From positions 47,771 to 67,770 of the forward strand of contig JYFJ02001872.1 in assembly GCA_000934665.2 (NCBI GenBank): a stretch of DNA of 20,000 bases, read 5' to 3'. Origin of the DNA: Catajapyx aquilonaris (lineage: Eukaryota). The notes under the pieces are model-generated. The model was not told where the DNA came from. It worked only from the letters and a program-made list of their open reading frames with translations, and did no database searches. Made by a program: the position numbers and the translations under genes. Below are positions 9,992 to 20,000 of the stretch, piece after piece. The first letter of the stretch is position 1, and each line of letters opens with the position of its first letter.

Positions 9992-12900
9992 TTAGAAGGC
10001 CTTCAGTGCTTCCATTGCTCTAGATATCCTGGCCAATTCTCCATCCAATTGTGTTGCCTTCTCTGAATTTGCTTTGCGAACTTCCTCAGGCACCTTCGTC
10101 TCATAGTCTGCCACCTGCATTGCTTGTAAAAGCCGTCCCAGTTGTGAATCTAGCTGTTCCTTCTTGCGCTCCAGCTTCTGCTGTTCCTTCGCTGCATCAA
10201 CCAATCCCTGGAAATTTTCCATTGTTTACTAGAACTAACTTAAGAGGACACAATTTACTAACCTGCAGTAATAGATGAACTTCACACTTATCTGATACAG
10301 TGACAACAGCACACCCTCCTGGAGGGTTGGCAGTGACTTCAACCTTTCCGCATGATGCAAGTGTTGCTATTGTCCCAGCATATTCATTGACAATTGATGT
10401 TGTCAACTTGTCAGAGCAGCACAGAAACACTGTGAAGGTGGGATAAAACAAAGTGCAACAGTTCTAATGCAATGCTACTTCCCACAGGATTGCATATAAT
10501 ATTCATAATCCTCCTAATTGGCATTGATACAACTGGAGTTAATTGTTCCATACATTAGGTTACTAGCTTCATTGTGTACTTACGATCAGTTTTCACTTTG
10601 TTTGGCAGCACATAATCAGATTTGGTGGACCGAACAGTGTGAACAATCTTCTGAACAAACTCGACCTCTTGTTCAATGTTCGCATCACTCCAGTGATACT
10701 GTTGGAAAAGTAAAGACTTAAAATTGACCCCTCTAACAAGGCATATGTGCCTACCTGGGTCTCCTCTGGATACTCTGCAACACCTATGCTGTTGGCTGCT
10801 TTATCACGTGGTAGCCGTTGATACAGCTCCTCACTCAGGAAGGGCATAAATGGGGATATGAGCCTAAGACCCACGTCAAGGCAGATCCAAAGCACGTTGG
10901 ACTCGAGAGTTGTATCGGCCCCTGATTGGAAGTGAGGCTTAAGGTACTCCAGGTACACATCACACAGCTCATACAACCAGAAGTTGTAACAGGCAGTGGT
11001 TGCTGCATTCAGATCATAGGCTGAAAACCCTTCATTGCAGGTGCGCACAGCCTCACTCAGCCTGCTCAATATCCACCGGTCCATTTTGGTCAGCTTGGAA
11101 TTTAGGCCAGAATTGGACAGGTTTGCTTCCATATTCCGCTTCCAGCGAGCTAGGTGTGGCAGATGATCCACTGGTAAGTTTCCAATGGACAAGAAGGTGT
11201 CCGAGTCCAGTTTGGATGCTGTCCATCCCTGCAGGTAGCTCTGTTCTGCCAACTTATCATTCAGGTTCTTGAGCTCACTTTCAGTTACATGGCCGCTGGT
11301 TTCCTGTGATGCTGTTATGTGTTTAGAGTTGGGGCAGAAAGAAGGAGGCAGTACTGAGAGAGCAAAGCGAGTTGCATTCCAGAGCTTGTTGCAGAAGAAA
11401 CGGTAACCTTGTACACGCAAGACGTCCAAGTTGATGTCACGTCCTGTTAGAGGTAAGATGGAAAGTGACCTTCAGAAATGCATTTTGTAAATAAAACTTT
11501 ACATAAGGATCCACATCCTAGCATAAAATATGACACCTACCTTGCGAGGTAATAATAATAATAATTAATAATTGATACCCCATTATCAGCCCATTGGGCT
11601 TTATTAGGGGGGGATTTCTCCCAATTTTTTGTCGGGAACTCTTTCCATTTTTACTATACTTTTTCATCGGAATTGAGGCAAGGATAGGTAAGGAAGGAAG
11701 CGGCTGTGGCCTATAGCTACCTTGCGAGGTGTATGCACAGAGGGCAAATCGAAGTGCATCACTGCCACATTCTGGGATACCATTAGGGTAGTCCTGCTTC
11801 TGACCTTCCATTGCCCTTTTCACTTCAGTAGGATCCAGGTTTCCACCTTGCAGCTGGGCATGTAATCCCTGCCAGACATGACAATGTTAGCATGAGAATC
11901 TAATTTTGAACACCTGTGGTCACACTCACTTCTAAGGAAATTCCTGTGATGACATCCAGAGGATCAATGATGTTTCCCAGTGATTTACTCATCTTTCGCC
12001 CATGGGCATCTCGTACCATAGCATGGAGATATACCTCTCTGGAATTGCAGCCAAGTTACCAAGGAAGTCATGTTGAAATCAATACGAGTGGGTAAATGCT
12101 CACTTGAAAGGCAGTTGTCCCATAAGTTTCTGTCCAAAGAAGACCATTCTTGCAACCCAAAAGAAAATTATATCATGCCCTGTCTCAAGAAGAGTCCCAG
12201 GGTAGAAAGCTTTCAGGTCTTCCGTCTAAATGGCAAATATTATTCAGATTTAATAGGCTGTCATGATAGTAATTCATAAAACAAATGGTAGATACCTGCT
12301 CAGGCCATCCCAAAGTTGAAAAGGGGAAGAGACCTGAGGAAAACCAAGTATCCAGTACATCACCATCCTGCTTGAGACTGATCTTGTCTGGAGACACTCC
12401 AAATTTAGCTGCAGCCTCTGTCTTGGCTTCCTCTTCTGTGTGCCCACTAACCCAGTACTTGTTGTCAAGTTCCTGTGAGAGATCCAGCATTTAATATTAC
12501 ATCATGCTTGCCAGCAGCAGTACTTACATTTCCTGCAGGAACTGAAGGGTCATTCACAGTGACAAAGTAAGCAGGGATGCGATGGCCCCACCACAGCTGA
12601 CGTGAGATACACCAGTCCCTACGAATAAAAGTAGAGAAAGATTGGAGGAAGAATGCACCTCTATACTGTATTGACATAAGATCTCCATTGACATTTTTTG
12701 CTGAATATTTTGACACTCCTTACCTATACCGTGCATAAGAATTATTCTGCTTCTGCGCTTGTAGAACTCATGGGTAAAAGCAATGAAAAACCGAACGCAC
12801 CTGATGTTCTCCATCCAGTGAAACCAGGTCTTTTTGTGAGTGTCAGGAATAATTCGAAGTTCTCCTGATTGGACTGCTTGGATGGCATTGGCAGCCAAAT

Positions 12901-15586
12901 CATCACAGCGAACATACCTGCAAGTATATGGTAACTGAATGTGATACTGAAACTGAGAGGAATGTTACTCATATTGAGGTCAAATCTCTCCTATCTCATA
13001 AAGTCACTGTCACAACCTTTACTTAATATTGAGTTGTAATTTACTCAAGCTCTGAACTTGTCATACTGGGTGGAAGTGTGAAAATCTGAAATTTCTCAAC
13101 AGCTGTTTGCTATTTGCTTGGTCAATGTCAATACCACTGGGATGAATGGAGCCTACGTAAAGACTTATTAAATAATGAGCCACATATTGTGGACTCAATT
13201 TCATACAGCCACAGGTGGAAAAGAAAGTGACCAGTGACAACTGCATAAAATATCTGAGAGCTTTGTATATCACAGATTCCGCAGTGTGACTGGGCCTCAT
13301 CTCTGCCGTCAGTTGTAAGAAGACCGTAACTCAAAAACTAGTAAGGGCGAAAGTCGCATGCATGCCGTGCACTTATCCACCCTGGCTCAGAGGGGATTAG
13401 TGCAGGGCGTGCATGCGACTTTCGCCCGTAGTGGTTTTCGAGTTACGGTCTTCTTACATCTGACGGCAGATCTGAGGCACAAGAATTTGATCAAAATGGA
13501 ATACTCACCACTGAGGCTTGATAAGGGGCTCAACAATATCTTTGGAGCGGCTGCATACGGGAACCACCATTGGATTGTCCTTGGTATCTCGATATAAATT
13601 TAAGTCCTTAAGGGCCTTCAAGACAGCCTTGCGAGCATCAAACCTCTTCATACCCTGTTTAAACAAAATACTGAATGAAGATTCTATGCAATCAGGGAAT
13701 TAAAATAAATTCAGTTTAAAGCTACTAGCTAATTTTTTGCAGCCTTATGAATAGTATCACTGAAATTAAATAATATTAATCACTCCTCAATAACCTAATG
13801 CCATAAAGCAATAAAAGTGTACTATCGGAAATGATACTCACTTTGAACTGCTCACATTCACCAATGATGTTACCCTCATCATCTAGGATGGTGATGAAGG
13901 GCAAATTGTTCCTCATTCCCACCTCATAGTCATTATGGTCATGAGCAGGAGTTATCTTGACTGCACCAGTGCCAAATTCTTTGTCAACAAACTCATCACA
14001 AATTATGGGCAGACGTCTGGAGCAGAATGGATGCTTCACAAATTTTCCATGCAGGTGCTTGTAACGGGGATCATCTGGATGTACAGCTACAGCAGTATCG
14101 CCGAGCATGGTTTCTATTCGAGTAGTGGCCACTACAACTTCACCTTCTTCTCCATCTACCTGGTATGCAAAGGACACCAGGACCCCAAATTCAACCTTTG
14201 TTGCATAGCCTGGCACAGACAGTAGAGTACGTCCAGGGAGCTCCTGCTTGTCCACCTCAATGTCAGAGATGGCAGACTTGAGGGTGCAAGACCAGTTGAC
14301 CAATCTGGCACTCCTGTAAATGTCACCTGAGTGATGCAAGCGCACAAATGCCTCCCTAACAGCACGGGATGGTGCAGGATCCATGGTAAAGCAGACACGG
14401 TCCCAGTCCAGAGAGGAACCCAAAATGCGCAGTTGGTGATAGATGTGATCTCCCTTACTAGAAAAGAAAAATTTCTTTGTAGCCCATTGGTGCAAAAACT
14501 GTGGGGCTTTGGAATGACCCATGGGAATAATACCAACAAAACTGGACAGGCATTGAGCTGCGAGACTTAAATTTCCATCTTGGTATGACTGCTCCTCAAA
14601 TGTGAGAACCTGAGAAATCTAAACCTTTCATTGTGTGGTGTTTGTCCTTATCTACAATTCGAATTTTAGCATGACTGCAGCAAAATCTTTGGTATTTATT
14701 GCGTGAGGCAAGATGATGCTCATGTTGCAGTGATATTTCTCCAAGCTTGGCATACTTTTAACTTACTCTTTTTTCCAATCCCAGACTTTCTGCACAAATT
14801 TCTCTCTTCCTAGGTCGTGTCGTGTGAGTTTTTCCTCTTTCCACAAACGTTTCTCCACCACTACCTGGGTAGCAATTCCAGCATGATCACAACCAGGAAC
14901 CCATAGCGTGGTCCTTCCTTTCATTCGGTGCCATCTCGTCAGAGCATCCTCAATGGAATTAGTGAGCGCATGGCCCAGATGGAGACTACCAGTCACATTG
15001 GGAGGAGGGATAACCATCACAAACTTGCCCTTTGGGTTCTCCTCACCAATTTTCTTGCCCTGAAGATCATGGAAAAAAAACACATTGGGCTGATTCGGAG
15101 TTGATTTAATTGTGATCATGCATTGTATAACTTGGTACTGCTAATTTAAGGAATAGATTATCGTACATGAACTTGTGTGAAAGCCTGCATACCCCATACT
15201 CTGGCTTGAAGAATCCTTCCTTCTCCCACCAGGCGTACCAGGCAGCCTCCACAAACTTGGGGCTGTAAGCATCAGGCATGGCCCCCGAGACGTCCTTCTT
15301 CTCTCCTGGGCGAGTGTTGCCCTGGTACACAGCAGCCTCCTCCTTCTTCTTGGGCTCCCTCTTCGGCTTACTCTGAAAACCACATGCTCATCATCAGTAT
15401 GCCGGATAACGGCAAGGAGTAACACCCACCCACCTCCACAGATTTATTATCCTTTACAGGCTGGGCCACCTTCTGCTCCTGCTTCTGCTTGAATTTTTCC
15501 ATCTTGGCCATCTTCTTGGCCTCCTTCTCCAACTGCTTGGCCGTCTTGGGAGGCTGCTGCCCCTCAGCTTCGCCAACACCGTTCAT
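9992..15586 (-). CDS. ValRS: Valyl-tRNA synthetase (cytosolic type). Exons 15586-15434, 15372-15193, 15059-14767, 14457-13842, 13654-13509, 12917-12801, 12618-12528, 12472-12296, 12225-12104, 12038-11930, 11868-11721, 11443-10755, 10698-10584, 10429-10263, 10207-9992
   Basis: Class I aaRS motifs: [14 protein letters not shown] (HIGH), [94 protein letters not shown]. Lys-rich N-terminus [12 protein letters not shown] and a C-terminal coiled coil. All junctions are GT-AG and phase-consistent. The true start may lie upstream (ATG at 15798). Confidence 0.96.
11551..11716 (-). mobile_element. 5'-truncated SINE/retroposon with a (TAT)n tail and a 14-bp TSD, inserted at a ValRS exon-intron junction
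   Basis: Exact direct repeat ctaccttgcgaggt at 11537-11550 and 11717-11730. The minus strand begins ctataggccacagccgcttccttcc (resembling a core motif I recall from insect tRNA-SINEs), contains AATAAA and ends in (tat)n. Confidence 0.85.
13291..13481. repeat. 191-bp near-perfect palindrome (fold-back MITE-like element or hairpin) in a ValRS intron
   Basis: Arms 13291-13384 and 13388-13481 are ungapped reverse complements (about 81/94 matches by manual count) around a 3-nt loop. Confidence 0.92.
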
Positions 15587-15757
15587 GGCTCCTTGCAGCC
15601 TGACACAACCTGTACCTCTCGAGGTGAGGATGGTGCCCAGCAGAGCGCGGAGGCGGTGGCGGGATGTACGGCAGATAGGCAGGGGGACGTGGCTGAGGCA
15701 ATTCCACCGTGCACTTTCACCATGTGGAAGAGAGGACAACACCGGCTCGCACGGACG

Positions 15758-15930
15758 CACTAGTGGCGCCACCTGACAGTTTACGCACAGTCCGCCATGT
15801 TTGACGTCACTGCACTCTTTCATCTCTGATTGGTCCGGAGCTCAGACATGGCCGTCGGGTTTCTTCTGTTTTTGTTTTTCCCCGCGAAGTACGGCTGGCC
15901 GTAGCCTCCGTTGTGCCATGACAACGAGGG
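15758..15930 (-). promoter_or_regulatory. CpG-rich ValRS promoter region with CRE, CCAAT, YY1-like, CTCF-like, E2F-like and X-box-like motifs
   Basis: Perfect TGACGTCA at 15802-15809, CCAAT (minus) at 15829-15833, aacATGGCGG at about 15792-15801, caggtggcgccactagtg (minus) at about 15758-15775, ttttccccgcg at about 15876-15886 and gtgccatgacaac at about 15913-15925. It lies between the VgR 3' end and the ValRS start. Confidence 0.55.
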
Positions 15931-16282
15931 ACTGACCAGGCTGCCTGACTTCGCTGGAGATGTTCATCATCGTCGGGCACACTTACATCCGCTAGTGGAG
16001 TCCACGAGATTGCAACCAAGGTGCGTGAGGCCAAGCCTGCTGAAACACATCAAGACCTGGCAGCATGATGCACAGGTTGGCCACTTACGTACAGTGCATG
16101 CTAGCACATCAAATGTGCATGTATCTTCAGAATAATCGAGACACTGTTTCATTGTGATGTCTTCTATTACTAAGCTGAATACTTTGCCTGTTCACATTGC
16201 AAGTGGCAAGTTATTTTACACTATAATTTCATTGTGGAGAGAAAAATGTTCATAGACATGACTTGTGGTGCCCAAGATAACC

Positions 16283-16288
16283 TTTATT
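16283..16288 (-). terminator. Probable polyadenylation signal of VgR
   Basis: AATAAA on the minus strand about 110 nt after the stop codon. Confidence 0.5.
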
Positions 16289-16398
16289 TTCAGTGAGGTC
16301 AACTCTATTATGTACAGCATGATGAGCAAATGTATAACAAGATTTCCTGCAACAATACATTGCTAATATCTTTCAACAGCAAATTTACAATTGACATG

Positions 16399-19300
16399 TC
16401 AGAGGGGTATGAGTCTAGCTTGCTGGCTCCCTGATGGCAACGGGGAATCATTAACGTCAAATAAATCATTAGAAGAGTCATTGTTCAACTTATTGGGCAC
16501 ATTTCTGTCACTGGTCACGTCAGTCCTGTGTTTTGGTGGAAGCCCAGGTGCTGGAGGGGGTGTATCATCATATGCTGGGTTTGCAAATGGGATCACAGGC
16601 TCTGATTCAATGTCATTGCTGAACCGAACCCAATGTGGCTTGATCTGGCTGGCTTTGGTCAAGAATCGCTTCCCATAAGCAAAACAGGCTGCACCAATGA
16701 GGATGAGTATGAGAAGCACAATCACAACTACTGCTCCTGCTGAAATTGATGATCCTGATTCCTCTTCTGATTTGGTTGGGTCGAGCTGACCACTTGGTAC
16801 ATCAGTGCTGGTGACAGGCCACTCTGGATTTTCAGTTCTAGGTCCCGTCCCTTCAGTTGCATTCTGAAAAAAATTAGAAATGAAATAAAGCCAACAGTAC
16901 CAATATTGTATCTATCGATTACGCCAGTGATTTCTCGTGTTATAATTTTAAATGACAATGCAAAATTTATGGCAAGTTAAATTCTAATCTTTAACCATTA
17001 CTAATGCATTAAACACTCCAATTGGCTCTTTGAGAAGTCTACATTAGAATATATGCAGCTGATTTGAGTGCCAAGAAATTGAACTTACATTGAAAGTGGT
17101 TGAAGCACATTTACTGGGTCTTCCTGCCATAGGTGCTGTACCATCTGGACACATGCACACTCCACCCTCAGGTTTCAGCAAGCAGAGACGCTCACAGTTC
17201 TTCTTCCGGCACCCATTCATGCCCCAAGGCTGCCTTGACCTCTGCATTACAGTGACTGGTCCTGCAGCCCTCAAGTTGACTTCCAGTACTGTGCATTCCT
17301 CACCTTCCTGGGTCTCTCTGCAGCTTGCAAGAGACCCAGCATCACTATTCAACCAGATCGCTTTTTCTTCAAACAGGACCAGATTTGATGGCTGTGATAC
17401 GTGTGTGGAAAATAAGGTCCTGCGAAGGTGGCCATCCAGTCCAACTGACTCCACCATGTTGGCTCCTGAATCAGCCCAAGCTACGCGACGTAAAGGATGG
17501 TCCACTGACACTGAGGTAGGAGACGTCACCTTATGCGAGGCCAATATGCGGGTGTTCTTTCCGTCCATATCTGCAGTCCAAATGGCACCACCTTCCAGGT
17601 GATGTATTGACACCTCACTCCAGACTATGCGTCCATCCTCAGGAACCAGAGCCAATGATGTCACAGATCTTCCAACTCTCTTAGTTAGTGTGGCACAGTC
17701 ACCAACCTGTCCCACAGTAGCGCACACTGCAATGGAATCTCCAGACGAGTTCTTTGACACATAGTACAGGTTTGAAGTGATCCAATCGAGTGCTATGGCA
17801 GCTGGTTGCTTCAAATCCCCCAGCAGTAGATAGCTCTGACTATTGCCCCTGCTTCTGAGTGCTGCATGACGGACTTCACCAGTTTCTGGGACACTCCATA
17901 ACACATCGCCTGTTTCAGCCCGAAAATCCAATCCACCAACGTTGGATGTTTGGGGCAACAGCATTGACCATGATTGCCCTGATGAAATGTGGAGGCTCCA
18001 TATTTGGCTGCCATTTGTGTATACAACCTTGGCTTCGGGACCTAATGTAGGAAAATAGCATAAGTTAAACACTCACCAACTTATGGACTTAATCAGCATT
18101 AAGACAAATCCAGATAATTGCAAGGTAAATTTCCACTATTTAAGAACGACTGTACCTAGTGCTATGCAGGTATGTTCATCTGGTGATAGCTGATATTCAG
18201 GAGCACACCAGCACTTGAATCCACCCCAGGTGTTGTTACAGTACTGAGAGCAAGGGGAAGGATGTAAGCGACACTCATCCACATCAGCACAGAACTTGTT
18301 GTGCCTAAGGCGTAAACCAGGCTTGCAAGAACACACTGGATCTACAGGAGTAGGTCTACATCCACCTTCACATCCTCCATTGGGAGGCGTGAAACAAGCT
18401 TCAGAGCAACGGCCTCCTTCATCGGATCCATCGATGCAGTCCATGTGGTCGTCACAAACAGCCCCCAGTGACACACACCCACCAGATCTACAGCTCCATT
18501 CGCCTTCTCGGCATGGGGTCACCCTGGTGTTATTTCTAGCTATGGGCTTGTTGATCAAAATGCAGCGGGGATCAGATTCATCTGAGTTATCACCACAATC
18601 GTCTTGTCCATCGCAGAACCAGTCCATAGGGATACAACGGCGTCTGTTGCGACATTGAAACGAGCCAGTCGCGCAAATGCACTGGGTCTCATCTTGCCCA
18701 CCGCTGCATTCTGATGTGCCATTGCATTTAGCAGCATCGGGCACGCATTCAAATGAAAACGGTGAGCAGCGGAAATATCCAATCTGACACGTAGGAAATA
18801 TTGTCGCAGGATATGAGCTGGTCTGTGCGGTCACCTGGTCGCAGCCAATCTCATCTGATCCATCACTGCAGTCATCTTCACCGTCACAGCGCCACCGTAA
18901 CGTGATACAGTGGTTATCACCATTGCAACGGAAACGATTTGGTGCACACTCAACTGGGGCCACTCGTGTGCTGCAGTTCCTTTCATCAGACCCATCAAGA
19001 CAGTCTTCCTCTTCATCGCACTTCCATCTCGAGGGTATGCATGCACCATCGTCACACATGAATTTCCTGGGTGGGAGGCAAGATTCTGGGGAAATGCATC
19101 CAGCTTCGTCTTCTGATCCAGGACAGTCTGGTTTCCCGTCACACTGGTCCCTGGCTGGGATGCAAGTCCCGTCAGTGCAGGGGAAATGTGTTGATGCACA
19201 TTCAGGTGGAGGTCCACAGGTCAAGCCATCTGATGTCCTCTCCAGCCCATCAGGACATGAGCAGGTGCGTCCACCAGGATGCATGAGGCACAAGTGGGAA

Positions 19301-20000
19301 CACTGGCCATTATTACGGCTGCAGGGATGCTCACTTGGAATGACAGCCTCGGGTCGCATATTTCTCCATGCCGATGATACACGGATCCAGTATGCCTCTC
19401 TACCAGGATTAGCCACCTGCACTGTCGGACCGTCCCGATCAGCACTGGGCAGTGGCAGACTGCGTACTAGTCCACCGCTGCGCCTCTCTGTCCAATAAGC
19501 TGTGCTCGCCATTATCGCGATAGACACTGGTTGTGACATCCTTTGGCGAACTGGACGCCTTTTGGATCCATCCACATCGACTTTCTCAAGCATGCCTGTG
19601 GTTGTATCAACCCAGTAGAGGGCCTGAGCCACGTGATCAAAGGCCATGCTGACAGGTTCCCTTATAGCAGCACGTACTATTGGCTTTCTGGCACCTCCGT
19701 CCATTTGCATCCTTTCTATCTTAGCTCCTCTTCCAGCAATCCCAAAGTACAAAAGGCCCAAGTTGGGTGCCAGGGCAAGAGACACTGGCCTTCCAACAGT
19801 GTGTTCTAATAATACTGCCCTGCTTCTCTTGCCTTTAACTGGTTCCAGCTGAATGACCTCAATGGTGAGACGCTCCGAGTCAGCGAAATAGAGCATTCGC
19901 CCAGTCGTGTCCACATCTAAGGCTTCCACAAATCCAACTTGCCCAGGAGGAATGATTACTTGTCTTGATCCATCCCTCAGCGATACTGAGACAATAGAGT
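16399..20000 (-). CDS. VgR: Vitellogenin receptor (yolkless-like LDLR family), 5'-partial. Exons >20000-18156, 18041-17089, 16863-16399
   Basis: Order of domains: YWTD propeller (LYFAD, LYWVD, AYWTE), EGF, six LDLa repeats (e.g. CDGEDDCSDGSDE), EGF and Ca-binding EGF (DVDEC..CNNTWGGFKC), a second degenerate propeller, EGF, Ser/Thr/Pro-rich stalk, TM helix (AVVVIVLLILILIGAACFAY), and a cytoplasmic tail with FANPAY (NPxY) and a terminal RLIPL. The frame is open to the window edge. Confidence 0.85.

Noticed and set aside
12918..13290. Search for intronic snoRNA or tRNA genes and U12-type introns
   Set aside because: No convincing C/D or H/ACA box arrangement, cloverleaf or GTATCCTT donor was found.
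15967..16152. Cys-rich 61-aa ORF between VgR and ValRS
   Set aside because: No recognisable motif spacing; TG/CA-rich composition yields Cys codons by chance.
16363..16401. VgR stop in a leaky TGA-C context
   Set aside because: Readthrough would add only about 12 unremarkable residues; no other support.
17090..19852. Several long plus-strand ORFs (e.g. 17090-17602, 18902-19498)
   Set aside because: Antisense shadows of the VgR coding exons.
1..20000. Prokaryotic systems (CRISPR, operons, defence islands)
   Set aside because: The window is clearly spliceosomal eukaryotic DNA with no repeat-spacer array.

Overview
Eukaryotic, intron-rich genomic DNA, most likely an arthropod (inferred from the vitellogenin receptor and the SINE/MITE types). 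It holds three genes. (1) DENND1/connecdenn, a Rab35 GEF, on + (12 exons in 751-8288; first exon upstream of the window). (2) An essentially complete valyl-tRNA synthetase on - (15586-9992), convergent with DENND1, with a CpG-rich promoter at about 15760-15930. (3) The 3' half of a vitellogenin receptor/yolkless-type LDLR-family gene on - (>20000-16399). The introns carry several non-autonomous mobile elements. The most notable observations are: an EF1B-alpha(beta)-N/GST-C-like domain inserted inside the ValRS anticodon-binding domain; a truncated SINE whose 14-bp target duplication copied a ValRS splice donor and created a stop-free, in-frame 60-codon optional extension; and a mariner-derived fold-back element carrying a nested MITE whose empty site survives in the opposite arm. 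All exon models were read by eye (GT-AG plus phase continuity); no database searches were run.
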